From positions 1 to 34,707 of the forward strand of contig JBGQEL010000039.1 in the NCBI GenBank assembly GCA_041496385.1: a stretch of DNA of 34,707 nt, given 5' to 3'. Within the stretch, counting starts at the first letter, position 1. Every line of letters starts with the position of its first letter. Both the position numbers and the translations under genes were made by a program. The stretch is from Candidatus Methylomirabilia bacterium. GTDB taxonomy: Bacteria; Methylomirabilota; Methylomirabilia; Rokubacteriales; CSP1-6. Of this stretch, positions 1 through 9,924 are shown piece after piece. The notes below the pieces were generated by a model, which had not been told where the DNA came from, searched no databases, and was given only the letters and a program-made list of their open reading frames with translations.

Positions 1-572
1 GGTGCGCCGGCGCCGAGCCGCGCGAGGATGGCGAAGATCGCGAACGCGGCGGCGAGCCCCAGGACGCCGTAGCCGGCCGCGGCGGTGCGCCACCCGACGA
101 GCGTCGCGACGAATGCGACGCTCGCGGGCACCGCGACCTTGCCGAGGTCCCCCGCGAAATTGTAGGTGCCGAGCGCGGTGCGCCGAGCGCCCGTCTCGTA
201 GGCCTTCGAGACGATGGAGGACGACAGGGGGTGCTGGACGCCCGAGCCGAGCCCCGCGACGAGCAGCAGCAGCAGGAGCGCCGCGAAGCCGCCCGCCCAG
301 GCGCCGGCGGCGACGAAGCCGCACGCGGTCGCCGCCGTCCCGGCGGCGAGGAGCGCGCGCTCGCCCCAGCGCTCCGCGAGGAGGCCGGCCGGGATCTGAA
401 ACGCCGCCATCGCGCCGGAATAGACGGTCCGGATGAGCCCGACCTGCGCGTACCCGAGCCCGAACTCCTGGGCCCAGAGGGGCAGGAGCACGTAGAGGAT
501 GTCCGAGAAGCCGTCGTGGATGAAATGGATGCCGGACGCCGCCGTCAGCACCGCCCGTGCGGGGCTCTTCAC
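1..572 (-). CDS. MFS transporter (Fsr-like), 3' end runs off the window
   Basis: Not in the ORF track; translated by hand from GTG at 572: MKSPARAVLTAASGIHFIHDGFSDILYVLLPLWAQEFGL...PAGLLAERWGERALL (MFS motif A-like), then hydrophobic helices and no stop. Confidence 0.85.
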   Translation of the reverse strand, partial: MKSPARAVLTAASGIHFIHDGFSDILYVLLPLWAQEFGLGYAQVGLIRTVYSGAMAAFQIPAGLLAERWGERALLAAGTAATACGFVAAGAWAGGFAALLLLLLVAGLGSGVQHPLSSSIVSKAYETGARRTALGTYNFAGDLGKVAVPASVAFVATLVGWRTAAAGYGVLGLAAAFAIFAILARLGAGA

Positions 573-585
573 GTCGAGTAGAATA
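573..585. promoter_or_regulatory. Overlapping divergent -10 hexamers (TAGAAT + at 579-584; TATTCT - at 585-580)
   Basis: Only AT-rich patch in the 31-bp gap between divergent genes. The minus hexamer lies 7 nt before the MFS GTG. Confidence 0.55.
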
Positions 586-603
586 CCGCAGGGAGGACGC
601 TCC

Positions 604-1221
604 ATGACGATCAGCATCACCCGCGTCTACACGCGCACCGGCGACAAAGGGGAGACCGCGCTGGTTGGCGGCCGGCGCGTGCCCAAGGACTCGCCGCGCA
701 TCGTCGCCTACGGGACCGTCGACGAGCTGAACGCGGTCGTGGGGATCGTGCGGACCTTCAACGGAGAGCGCCTCGCCGAGGGCGGGCACCACCGCCGGCT
801 CGACGAGGTGTTGCGGCAGATCCAGAACGAGCTGTTCGACCTCGGCAGCGAGCTGGCCACGCCGCCGGACGCGGAGTACGCGGGGATGTTCAAGGTCGCC
901 GAAGCGCAGGTGACGGCGCTGGAGCGGCTCATGGACGACTGCCAGAAGGACCTCGAGCCGCTCAAGTCGTTCACGCTGCCGGGGGGCGGCCGGCTCAACG
1001 CGTTCCTGCACCAGGCGCGCACCGTCTGCCGCCGCGCGGAGCGGGAGATCCTGACGCTCTCGCGCGCGGAGCCGATCAACGCGTGGGCCCTGCGGTACGT
1101 CAACCGCCTGAGCGACCTCTTCTTTGTCCTCGGCCGCTGGGTCGGCAAGCACATGGGAGAGAAGGAGTACCTCTGGGAGCGCGGCCTCGCGAGCCACGCC
1201 CGCCCGCGGAGAAAGCGCTGA
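604..1221 (+). CDS. pduO: ATP:cob(I)alamin adenosyltransferase, PduO type
   Basis: VYTRTGDKGET N-terminal motif, YGTVDELN, ARTVCRRAER, YVNRLSDLFF. GGAGG precedes ATG 604; the track's 499 start is too far upstream. Confidence 0.92.
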   Translation: MTISITRVYTRTGDKGETALVGGRRVPKDSPRIVAYGTVDELNAVVGIVRTFNGERLAEGGHHRRLDEVLRQIQNELFDLGSELATPPDAEYAGMFKVAEAQVTALERLMDDCQKDLEPLKSFTLPGGGRLNAFLHQARTVCRRAEREILTLSRAEPINAWALRYVNRLSDLFFVLGRWVGKHMGEKEYLWERGLASHARPRRKR

Positions 1222-1250
1222 GCGTACGCGGAGGATCCGCTGACCGTGGG

Positions 1251-1279
1251 TTGACGCGTGAACGGCCCCAGCGTATAAG
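1251..1279 (+). promoter_or_regulatory. sigma70-type promoter TTGACG-N17-TATAAG
   Basis: Near-consensus hexamers at 17-bp spacing, 9 nt upstream of the TTG start at 1289. Confidence 0.6.
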
Positions 1280-1288
1280 CGAGCAACT

Positions 1289-2053
1289 TTGCCGACCCTG
1301 AGCGTCCGAGACCTCACCGTCCGCTTCGGCGGCATCGTCGCCCTCGACGCCGTCTCGTTCGACGTGGACGAGGGCCAGATCGTCGGGCTCATCGGCCCGA
1401 ACGGGGCCGGAAAGACCACGCTCTTCAATTGCCTCTCCCGGCTCTACACGCCGGACCGGGGCGAGGTCGTCTTCCAGGGTCGCCCGATCCTGCCTTTGCC
1501 GTCGCACCGCATCGCCGAGCTCGGGATCGGCCGGACGTTCCAGAACCTCGCGCTCTTCCCCACGCTGACCGTGCTGCAGAACGTGATGGTCGGCGTCCAC
1601 AGCCGGACCCGGAGCGATTTCCTCTCGAACGCGCTGCGCCTCCCGTGGGTCGGTCAGGAGGAGGCGGGCATCCGGGCCACGGCGCTCGAGCTCCTGGAGT
1701 TCCTCGACCTCACCGCGCTCGCGCAACACCCGGCGGCGGGCCTGCCGTTCGGCATCCTCAAGCGCGTCGAGCTGGCGCGCTCGCTGGCGAGCCGGCCCTC
1801 GCTCCTCCTCCTCGACGAGCCGGCGAGCGGGCTGAATCACGAGGAGGTGGGCGCCCTCGGCGCCCTCATCCAGAAGGTCCGCGCCGCGCGCTCTCTCACC
1901 ATCTTGTTAGTCGAGCACCACATGGGCCTGGTGATGCAGGTCTCGGACAAGGTCGTGGTGCTCGACTTCGGCCGGAAGATCGCCGAGGGCACGCCGGCAG
2001 ACGTGCGCCGCAACCCCGAAGTCATCCGGGCCTATCTCGGAGAGGCGGCGTGA
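1289..2053 (+). CDS. livG: Branched-chain amino acid (HAAT)-type ABC transporter ATPase, LivG-like
   Basis: Walker A GPNGAGKT, RTFQN, LLLLDEPASGL, VEHHM, C-terminal VIRAYLG. Confidence 0.9.
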   Translation: MPTLSVRDLTVRFGGIVALDAVSFDVDEGQIVGLIGPNGAGKTTLFNCLSRLYTPDRGEVVFQGRPILPLPSHRIAELGIGRTFQNLALFPTLTVLQNVMVGVHSRTRSDFLSNALRLPWVGQEEAGIRATALELLEFLDLTALAQHPAAGLPFGILKRVELARSLASRPSLLLLDEPASGLNHEEVGALGALIQKVRAARSLTILLVEHHMGLVMQVSDKVVVLDFGRKIAEGTPADVRRNPEVIRAYLGEAA

Positions 2054-2760
2054 GCGCGCTCCTGGAGGTGCAGGATCTCGAGGCCTTCTACGGCCGGACC
2101 AAGGCGCTGCACGGCGTGAGCTTCAGCATGGCCGCGGGCGGGATCACCACCATCCTCGGCGCCAACGGTGCGGGGAAGACGACCACGCTACGGGCGATCT
2201 CCCGCATGGTGCGGACTGTAGGGAGTATCCGCTTCGAGGGCCAGCCGCTGGAAGCGCGGGCCACCGAAGACGTGGTGCAGTTCGGCATCGCCCACGCCCC
2301 GGAGGGGCGGGGGACTTTCGTCCAGCTCACCGTGGAGGAGAACCTGAAACTGGGCGCCTGGGGCCGGCGCGAGCGGGGCGATCTCGCGGCGGACTTCGAG
2401 CGCGTGTTCGGCTACTTCCCCGTGCTGCGCGAGCGGCGGAGACAGATGGCCGGCACGCTGTCCGGCGGCGAGCAGCAGATGCTCTGCGTGGCGCGCGCCC
2501 TGATGCTGCGGCCGCGGCTGCTGCTACTGGACGAGCCCTCGCTGGGCCTGGCTCCAATGGTCGTGCGCGAGATCTTTCGCATTCTCCGGACGGTGAACCA
2601 GGCGGGCGTGACGATCCTGCTCGTCGAACAGAACGCCGCGCTGGCGCTGGACCTCGCCGACCACGTGTTCCTGCTCGAGACGGGCCGGATCGTGCTGGAA
2701 GGGCCGTCGGACGTACTGCGCCGGGACGACGCGATCCGTCGCGCCTATCTGGGCTACTGA
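2050..2760 (+). CDS. livF: ABC transporter ATPase, LivF-like
   Basis: GTG overlapping the livG TGA; GANGAGKT, PEGRG, LSGGEQQM, LLLLDEPSLGL, VEQN. This is the C-terminal part of track ORF 1429..2760. Confidence 0.9.
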   Translation: MSALLEVQDLEAFYGRTKALHGVSFSMAAGGITTILGANGAGKTTTLRAISRMVRTVGSIRFEGQPLEARATEDVVQFGIAHAPEGRGTFVQLTVEENLKLGAWGRRERGDLAADFERVFGYFPVLRERRRQMAGTLSGGEQQMLCVARALMLRPRLLLLDEPSLGLAPMVVREIFRILRTVNQAGVTILLVEQNAALALDLADHVFLLETGRIVLEGPSDVLRRDDAIRRAYLGY

Positions 2761-2773
2761 GGAGCCACGACTC

Positions 2774-3655
2774 TTGGACATCTTCATTCAACAAGTTGTC
2801 TCCGGACTCGCCACCGGCGGCATCTACGCCAGCGTGGCGCTGGCGTTGGTGATGATCTACCAGGCCACGGATGTCGTGAACTTTGCGCAGGGCGAGATGG
2901 CGATGTTCGCCACCTACATCTGCTGGTCGCTGCTCAACGCGGGCCTTCCCTACTGGGTGGCGTTCCTGTCCACGCTCGGCATCGCCTTCATCGGCGGCGT
3001 CGTGATCGAGCGCGTGGTGATCCGTCCGGTGGAGAACGCGCCGATCCTGTCGATCGTGATCGTGACGCTCGGCCTGCTGGTCATCTTCAACAGCCTCGCG
3101 GGCTGGATCTGGACCTACGTGCAGAAGCCCTTCCCCAGCCCCTTCCCGTCCTCGCCCTTTAGGGCCGGCGAGATCATCCTGGGGGCCCACGACCTCGGAC
3201 AGATCAACGTCACGCTGTTCGTGCTCCTCTGCATCTACCTCTTCTTCCGGTTCACCCCGCTGGGGCTGGCCATGCGCGCGGCCGCGCAGAACCCGGTCTC
3301 AAGCCGCCTCTGCGGAATCCGCGTGGGGTGGATGCTGGCGCTCGGCTGGGGGCTGGCCGCGGTCTTCGGCGCGGTGGCGGGGATGATGGTGGCGCCGAAC
3401 CTGACGCTGGAGCCCAACCTCATGGGTGGCGTGCAGATCTACGCCTTCGCCGCGGCGACGCTGGGCGGCTTCACCAGCCCGGGCGGGGCGGTGCTGGGTG
3501 GTTTCATCGTCGGCGTCGTGGAGAACCTGGTGGGCACCTACGTGAGCTTCATCGGCACCGAGCTCAAGTTCACGGTGGCGCTGGCGATGATCATCGTGGT
3601 CTTGCTGGTCAAGCCGAGCGGTCTGTTCGGCAGCACGGTGGTGAAACGGGTGTGA
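2774..3655 (+). CDS. livH: ABC transporter permease, LivH-like
   Basis: GLATGGIYA...VVNFAQGE, GLAMRAAAQN, multiple TM segments; GAGGAG upstream of TTG. Confidence 0.9.
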   Translation: MDIFIQQVVSGLATGGIYASVALALVMIYQATDVVNFAQGEMAMFATYICWSLLNAGLPYWVAFLSTLGIAFIGGVVIERVVIRPVENAPILSIVIVTLGLLVIFNSLAGWIWTYVQKPFPSPFPSSPFRAGEIILGAHDLGQINVTLFVLLCIYLFFRFTPLGLAMRAAAQNPVSSRLCGIRVGWMLALGWGLAAVFGAVAGMMVAPNLTLEPNLMGGVQIYAFAAATLGGFTSPGGAVLGGFIVGVVENLVGTYVSFIGTELKFTVALAMIIVVLLVKPSGLFGSTVVKRV

Positions 3656-4656
3656 TCACTTCGCGCCTCGCGCGCACCATCGGTCTCCTCGCGGTGCTGG
3701 CGCTGGCCTGCGCGCTGCCATTCTTCCTGTCCAACTTCCGTCTCTTCCAGTTCACCCAGGTCTACATCTACGCCATCGCGATCCTGGGCCTGAACATGCT
3801 CACGGGCTACAATGGCCAGTTCTCGCTGGGGCACGGCGCCTTCTATGCCATCGGCGCCTACACCGCGGCGATCATGATGGACAAGTGGTCGATCCCGTAC
3901 GGCTGGACGATCCCGGCGGGGGGCGCCCTGTGCCTCGTGGTGGGCTTCCTCTTCGGGTTGCCCGCGCTGCGTCTGGAGGGCCTCTACCTGGCACTTGCGA
4001 CGTTCTCGCTCGCTCTCGCCGTGCCGCAGATCCTCAAGTATTTCGAGCACTGGACCGGCGGCTCGCAGGGTATCGTGCTATCGAAGCCGAAGGCCCCGTT
4101 CGGGCTGCGATTGAACCCGGATCAATGGTTGTACTTGCTGACGCTGGCGGTGCTCGTGGTCCTTTTCTGGCTGGGCGCGAATTTGTTAAGGGGCCGCGTG
4201 GGCCGCGCGATCGTGGCCATCCGCGACAACCACATCTCCGCCGAAGCGATGGGGATCAACGCCTCGCTCTACAAATCGCTGGTCTTCGGGGTGAGCGCGG
4301 CCTATACGGGGGTGGCCGGCGCGCTCTCCGCCTCGGTCATCGCCTTCGTCGCCCCGGACTCCTTCAACGTGTTCCTGTCGGTGACCCTCCTGATCGGCGG
4401 GGTCATCGGCGGGCTGGCCTCCATCTCGGGCGCCATCTTCGGAGCTATCTTCATCCAGTTCGTGCCCAACTGGGCCCAGGACATCTCCAAGGCGGCCCCC
4501 TGGGCCATCTTCGGTGTCTTTCTCATCGGCTTCATGTACGTGATGCCGTTCGGGATCGCCGGGGCCGTCCGGCTCCTCTGGATCCGGATGACCCGTCCGC
4601 GGGTTTCCCAGGAGAGGCCGGATCCCGTGGCCTCCCGAGCCCGCCCAACAACGTAG
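3652..4656 (+). CDS. livM: ABC transporter permease, LivM-like
   Basis: GTGA overlap; GLNMLTGYNGQFSLGHGAF, LRLEGLYLALATF, GRAIVAIRDN. Confidence 0.9.
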   Translation: MITSRLARTIGLLAVLALACALPFFLSNFRLFQFTQVYIYAIAILGLNMLTGYNGQFSLGHGAFYAIGAYTAAIMMDKWSIPYGWTIPAGGALCLVVGFLFGLPALRLEGLYLALATFSLALAVPQILKYFEHWTGGSQGIVLSKPKAPFGLRLNPDQWLYLLTLAVLVVLFWLGANLLRGRVGRAIVAIRDNHISAEAMGINASLYKSLVFGVSAAYTGVAGALSASVIAFVAPDSFNVFLSVTLLIGGVIGGLASISGAIFGAIFIQFVPNWAQDISKAAPWAIFGVFLIGFMYVMPFGIAGAVRLLWIRMTRPRVSQERPDPVASRARPTT

Positions 4657-4669
4657 ACGGAGGAACCTT

Positions 4670-5893
4670 ATGACACGCACGTGGAAGCTTCTCGTCGCCC
4701 TGGTGGCGTTGGGCGTGACCGGGCTCGCCGCCGCGCCCGCCCCCGCCCAGACCGTGGTGGGCGTGACCGCCACCGAGATCAAGATCGGGAACACCAACCC
4801 GTACAGCGGCCCGGCGTCGGCGTACGGCACCATTGGCAAAGGCATCGGCGCGTACTTCAAGAAGGTCAACGACGAGGGGGGTATCAACGGCCGCAAGATC
4901 AACTACATCACCTACGACGACGCCTACGCTCCGCCGAAGACGGTCGAGATGGTGCGCAAGCTCGTCGAGCAGGACCAAGTGGCCGCGCTCTTCCAGACGC
5001 TCGGGACGCCGCCCAACAGCGCCATTCACAAATACATGAATCAGGAGAAGGTGCCGCACCTCTTTGTGGCCACCGGCGCCACCAAGTGGAACGACCCGAA
5101 GAACTTTCCCTGGACGATGGGCTTCCAGCCCAACTACCAGACGGAAGGGCGCGTCTACGCCGCGCACATGCTGAAAAATCATCCCGACGGCAAGGTCGGG
5201 ATCCTGTACCAGAACGACGACTACGGGAAGGACTACGTCAAGGGCTTCGAGGACGGCCTCAACGACGCCGGGAAGAAAAACCTGATCGTCCTGAAGCAGA
5301 GCTACGAAGCGACGGATCCGACCATCGACTCCCAGATCGTCAACCTCAAGAACAGCGGCGCCACCGTGTTCTTCAACGTCACGATCCCGAAGTTCGCGGT
5401 TCAGGCGATCAAGAAGTCCCACGACATCGGCTGGAAGCCGGTGCACTACCTGAACAACGTGTCCAGCTCGTATGGCACGGTGCTCAAGCCTTCGGGGCTC
5501 GAAGCCTCCAAGGGGCTGATCACCGCAATTTACGCGAAGGTGGTGACCGACCCCCAGTGGAAGAACGACAAGGGCTTCCAGGAGTGGGTGGCCTGGATGA
5601 AGAAGTACTACCCGGAGGGCAGCCTGGAAGACGACTCCAACGCCTACGCCTACAACGTGGCCATCCTCATGACCCAGGTGCTGAAGCAGTGCGGCAACGA
5701 CCTGTCGCGGGAGAACATCATGCGGCAGGCGGCGAACCTCAAGAACGTCGAGCTGCCGATGCTGCTCCCCGGTATCAAGGTCAACACGAGCCCGACGGAC
5801 TTCGCCCCGATCGAGCAGGAGCAACTCGCCCGCTTCGACGGCGAGCGCTGGGTCCCCTTCGGCGATCTCTTCGACGCGTTCCGCAAGCAGTAG
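4670..5893 (+). CDS. ABC substrate-binding protein (LivK/type 1 PBP fold), substrate unknown
   Basis: Signal peptide; GVTATEIKIG, YSGPASAYG, GGINGRKI, DDAYAPPKT; GGAGGA RBS. Confidence 0.9.
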   Translation: MTRTWKLLVALVALGVTGLAAAPAPAQTVVGVTATEIKIGNTNPYSGPASAYGTIGKGIGAYFKKVNDEGGINGRKINYITYDDAYAPPKTVEMVRKLVEQDQVAALFQTLGTPPNSAIHKYMNQEKVPHLFVATGATKWNDPKNFPWTMGFQPNYQTEGRVYAAHMLKNHPDGKVGILYQNDDYGKDYVKGFEDGLNDAGKKNLIVLKQSYEATDPTIDSQIVNLKNSGATVFFNVTIPKFAVQAIKKSHDIGWKPVHYLNNVSSSYGTVLKPSGLEASKGLITAIYAKVVTDPQWKNDKGFQEWVAWMKKYYPEGSLEDDSNAYAYNVAILMTQVLKQCGNDLSRENIMRQAANLKNVELPMLLPGIKVNTSPTDFAPIEQEQLARFDGERWVPFGDLFDAFRKQ

Positions 5894-5903
5894 GGGTCGG
5901 GTC

Positions 5904-5936
5904 GGGGAGAGGCGTGGGCCCGCCGCGCCTCTCCCC
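5904..5936. terminator. GC-rich hairpin between convergent genes
   Basis: GGGGAGAGGCGTGG-5-nt loop-CCGCGCCTCTCCCC, a 14-bp stem with one G:U pair. There is no U-tract, so function is uncertain. Confidence 0.55.
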
Positions 5937-5951
5937 AGGCCTCTCGTCGCG

Positions 5952-8900
5952 TCAGCGGACGCCGCCGGGCGCGTCCAGCGCCCGGCGCACGCCGTTCAGC
6001 AGCGCGTCGGGCGTGAATGGCTTCGACAGCAGCACGATCCCGGGGTCGAGCACGCCGTGGTGGCCGAGGAAATCGTCGGTGTAGCCCGACATGTAGGTCA
6101 CCCTCGTCTCCGGACGTGTTTCGGTGATCCGTGCGGCCAGCTCGCGGCCGCTCATCTGCGGCATGACGACGTCCGTCAGCAACAGCTGGATCGCGCCCCG
6201 ATGGTGGCGGCACACGCGCAGCGCTTCGGGGCCGTGTGGCGCCTCGAGCACCGTGTAGCCGTTCATCTCGAGGATCTCCCGCGCGAGCTCACGGACGTCG
6301 TCTTCGTCCTCGACGAGGAGGATCGTTTCCGAGCCCCGGGGTGCCCGGACGCCGACGCTCTCGGTCTCGACCGTCCCTTCGCCGGTCTCGGCCGCGGGGA
6401 GATAGAGGTCGAAAGCAGTGCCTTCGCCCGGCGCGCTACGGACGTCGATGTAGCCGTCGTGTTGCTTGACGATGCCGTAGACGGTGGAGAGGCCGAGCCC
6501 GGTGCCCCGCCCCTTGTCTTTCGTGGTGAAGAACGGCTCGAAGATGCGGGACTTCACCTCCGACGTCATCCCGACGCCCTCGTCCGCGACCGAGACCCGT
6601 ACGTGGGGGCCCGGGCGCGCGCCCGGATGCTCGCGCACGAACGCCGCGCCCAGCTCGATGCAGGCCGTCTCGATCGAGAGCCGGCCGCCCCGCGGCATGG
6701 CGTCGCGCGCGTTGACCGCGAGGTTCATCAGGACCTGTTCGAGTTGGGTCGGGTCGGCCTTCACGCGATCCAGGCCGGCGTCGGGGACGATGACGAGGTC
6801 GATGTCCTCCCCGATGAGTCTCCGGAGCATCGTGCTCAGGTTCGCGACCACTTCGTTGAGGCCCAGGATCTTGGGCTGGAGCACCTGCTTCCGGCTGAAC
6901 GCCAGGAGCTGGTGGGTGAGATCCGCCGCCCGCTGTGCCGTCCTCTGGACGAGCTCGAGATCCTGGTGGGATCGGGTGTCGAGCTGCAGGCGCTTCAGGA
7001 GGATTTCCGTCCGGCCGTGGATGACCGTCAGGAGATTGTTGAAGTCGTGGGCGACGCCGCCGGCCAGTCGCCCGATGGCGTCCATCTTCTGGGCCTGGAG
7101 CAGCGCCTCCTTGGCCCGCGACACCTCCTCCGCGGAGAGCTGCACCTGCTGGAAGAGCCGGGAGTTTTCGATCGCGGTTGCCGCCTGCGAGGCGAACGCG
7201 GTGGCGATGGCCTCGTCCTCCTTCGAGAACCCGCGCGGGCGGCGCGTCCGGATGGACAGGACGCCGATGAGGCGATCGCCGACTTTCACCGGGACGCCGA
7301 GGAAGGCGCGATAGCCGAGTCGCATGGTCGCCTCCCGGTGGGAGGGGAGGAGGCGGGAGTCGCCCGTCATGTCGTGGAGCCGGAGCGGCACGCCCGAGGC
7401 GGCGACGGTGCCGCTGAGGCTCTCGCCGACCCTGATCCGCTCGGTCGGCATCGTTTCCTTGGCGTCGCCCCAGAGGCCGGCCGCAACCAGCTCGTCGCCC
7501 TCGAGCAGCCGGAACCCGACGGATTCGGCGTCGAGAACCTCGCCGCACGCCCGCCCGATCGCCTCGAGCAGCGACTGGACCGGCTGGATTCTCGAGAGCT
7601 CGTGACTCACCTCGAGTAGCGCCTCCAGCCGGGCCTGGTGGGCGCGTAGCGCTCCGAGAAGCTGGGCGTTCTTGATGGCGATGGCGGCGTGCTGCGCCAG
7701 CCGCGTCAGTCGCGCCTCGTCGTGATCCGTGAACGGCTTCGGGGTCCGGTTCGCCACGTACAGCACGCCCTCGATCGCGTCTTCCGTCCGGACCGGGACG
7801 GCAAGCGCGGTCACGATGCCCTCGGCGTCGGCGGCCAGGCGGAGCGGGCTGATCCGGGAATCGGCGACGTAGTCGTTGGTCCGGAACGGCTTGCCTTCGA
7901 GAAGGACCTGGCCGCCGATCCCCTGGCCGGGGCGGAGCTCGGCACCGTTGTACTGGCCGTGCGTGCCGCGCCAGTGCCGTATGCGCGTCGTGCCGGTGTC
8001 CAGGTCCCGCAGGGCGATCCCGCTCATGTCGGCGCCGCACAGCTCCTGCGCCGCTTCACCGACGCGGCTCAGGATCATACCGAGATCGAGTGACGCGGTG
8101 ATCTGGGTGGAGATCTCTGAGAGGCTTTCCGCTTCGCGCCGGCGCCGCTCCGTGTCCTCGAAGAGTTGGGCGTTCTCGAGCACGAGCGCCGACTGATCGG
8201 CGAAGGCCTGCGCCAGCGCGACCTCGTCCTCGCCGAAGACCCGATCTTCCGGAGCGCAGACCGCCAGCGCGCCGATCACTCGGTCCTTCACGAGGAGGGG
8301 CAGGGCCAGGACCGCCCGGTAGGTGACGCGCTCGAGGCGTTCGCGGATGGCCGGCGCCTGCGTGACCCGCGGATCCGTGAGAATGTTCGCGACGAAGACC
8401 GTGCGGCGCTGCTCCACGGCCAGCCCGACGACGCCCGTGCCACGTGGAAAGACCGCCGAGGTCCCGAGCATCTGTGCGCCTTCGCCCGTGAACCCCAGCG
8501 GGATCAGGTCCCCCGTCTCCGGGACCAGCCGGTAGAGCGCCGCCTCTTGGATCCCGAGCAGCGTGTGCACGCTCTGGACCACACGCCGCGCAACCGTGTC
8601 GAGGTCGAGGGTCTCGCTGCACACACGACTGAGCTGGGCCAGGGCCTCGGCGGCGCGCCGCCGCTTCTCGCTCTCGGCGAACAGACGAACGTTGCGGATT
8701 GCTCCCGCGGCCTGCGCCACGAAGGTGTTGAGGAGGTCGCGATCCTCCGGCGTGAGCGCAAAGGGCTGCTCGCCGAGCAGAGCCAGCACGCCGAGGAGCG
8801 AGTCCTGATAGGTGATCGGCACCGACAGCGCGCTCCGGAGACCGTGCTCCACGAACCACTCGCGCCCGCGGATGCGGCTGTCGGCCAGGACGTCCTCGAT

Positions 8901-9185
8901 CTCCAGCGTCTGGCGGTGCCGCGCGACCCAGCCGGCCCCGCCCTCGCCGAACGCGAGCCGGCGCGAGGCGTGGCTCGCGCCGATCGTGTCGTTGGAGAAT
9001 GCGCGCAGCTCGAGGGTCTCCGTCGCCTCGTCGGCGACCCAGAGCGAGACGACCTTGCATTCGATCAGCTGAGCCGCGGAGCTGGCGATCTGACCCAGGA
9101 TCTTGTCGATGTCGAGCTCGGACGAGACGAGCTCGGCGAGCCTCGCCAGCGTGCGCAGCCGGTCGTGATAGCGGGAGGCGTTCAT
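5952..9185 (-). CDS. Cytoplasmic hybrid histidine kinase: 4 GAF + HisKA + HATPase + REC
   Basis: Four GAF repeats (GEGGAGWV, GTGVVGLA, GQGIGGQV, GESLSGTV, each ending A..AI.NA/SRL-like), GGVAHDFNNLL H-box, NLAVNARDAM, FFTTK..G.GTGLGL, and C-terminal LLVEDE...TDVVMP...KPF. Confidence 0.93.
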   Translation of the reverse strand: MNASRYHDRLRTLARLAELVSSELDIDKILGQIASSAAQLIECKVVSLWVADEATETLELRAFSNDTIGASHASRRLAFGEGGAGWVARHRQTLEIEDVLADSRIRGREWFVEHGLRSALSVPITYQDSLLGVLALLGEQPFALTPEDRDLLNTFVAQAAGAIRNVRLFAESEKRRRAAEALAQLSRVCSETLDLDTVARRVVQSVHTLLGIQEAALYRLVPETGDLIPLGFTGEGAQMLGTSAVFPRGTGVVGLAVEQRRTVFVANILTDPRVTQAPAIRERLERVTYRAVLALPLLVKDRVIGALAVCAPEDRVFGEDEVALAQAFADQSALVLENAQLFEDTERRRREAESLSEISTQITASLDLGMILSRVGEAAQELCGADMSGIALRDLDTGTTRIRHWRGTHGQYNGAELRPGQGIGGQVLLEGKPFRTNDYVADSRISPLRLAADAEGIVTALAVPVRTEDAIEGVLYVANRTPKPFTDHDEARLTRLAQHAAIAIKNAQLLGALRAHQARLEALLEVSHELSRIQPVQSLLEAIGRACGEVLDAESVGFRLLEGDELVAAGLWGDAKETMPTERIRVGESLSGTVAASGVPLRLHDMTGDSRLLPSHREATMRLGYRAFLGVPVKVGDRLIGVLSIRTRRPRGFSKEDEAIATAFASQAATAIENSRLFQQVQLSAEEVSRAKEALLQAQKMDAIGRLAGGVAHDFNNLLTVIHGRTEILLKRLQLDTRSHQDLELVQRTAQRAADLTHQLLAFSRKQVLQPKILGLNEVVANLSTMLRRLIGEDIDLVIVPDAGLDRVKADPTQLEQVLMNLAVNARDAMPRGGRLSIETACIELGAAFVREHPGARPGPHVRVSVADEGVGMTSEVKSRIFEPFFTTKDKGRGTGLGLSTVYGIVKQHDGYIDVRSAPGEGTAFDLYLPAAETGEGTVETESVGVRAPRGSETILLVEDEDDVRELAREILEMNGYTVLEAPHGPEALRVCRHHRGAIQLLLTDVVMPQMSGRELAARITETRPETRVTYMSGYTDDFLGHHGVLDPGIVLLSKPFTPDALLNGVRRALDAPGGVR

Positions 9186-9835
9186 CGGCTCCCGCTCGGG
9201 AGGGCGGGTCGCGCCGGGCGAGCCCCTGGTGTCGTCGACAGGAGCCCGATTCCCAGGGCGTGCGCCGCGACCAGGAAGCAGACCGCAAGGGTCTCGCGCA
9301 GCGAGAACGCTTCGCCGTCCGCGCCGGGGCGGACGATGCTCTCCGATGCAGCGGCGGGCGGGGGGGCGGACTCTCGGAGCTGGCGCAGGGCGACCAGGGT
9401 GCGTGTGCCGAGGCGCCCGAACAGCGCGAGCTTGGGCCCCGCGTCCGCTGCGGACGCGCGCAGGATCTCGTGTCCGAGCTCGCGGACCCTGGGGAGCATG
9501 TGGCGCGCGGCGTCGACGAGCTGCGCGGCGTCTCCGCCGGTCGCGCCCGAGAGGGCGCCGAGCTCGACGACGGTGTCATCGAAACGCGCCAGCGCATGCT
9601 CGAAGCGCCCGCGTGCGCCCGGCTGATTTGGCAACAGTCCACGGCCCGCCGCGAGCAGCTCGACGAGGGCCGGCTCCAGGGCGTCGAGCTGTGCGCGCAC
9701 GGCGATATCGCGTACGAAGGCGACATCGGCATCCGGTCGCGGGACCAGGGCGCCGAGCGCGCCGACCCACACGAGCGAGAGCGACGAGAGCACGATGCCG
9801 GCGACCGTGGCGTACCGGTTCTTTGCGCGCGTCAT
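9182..9835 (-). CDS. Hypothetical 2-TM membrane protein with helical extracytoplasmic domain
   Basis: ATG 9835 preceded by GAGGTG; hydrophobic stretches near both ends; stop overlaps the kinase ATG (ATGA). Confidence 0.65.
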   Translation of the reverse strand: MTRAKNRYATVAGIVLSSLSLVWVGALGALVPRPDADVAFVRDIAVRAQLDALEPALVELLAAGRGLLPNQPGARGRFEHALARFDDTVVELGALSGATGGDAAQLVDAARHMLPRVRELGHEILRASAADAGPKLALFGRLGTRTLVALRQLRESAPPPAAASESIVRPGADGEAFSLRETLAVCFLVAAHALGIGLLSTTPGARPARPALPSGSR

Positions 9836-9924
9836 GCGAGCACCTCGAATGGCGGTGCGAATCGGAGGGTCCCCACCGCTGGTTCTCGAGTCCTGCCGAG
9901 ACTGATCAGCATGGAGCTCCACCG

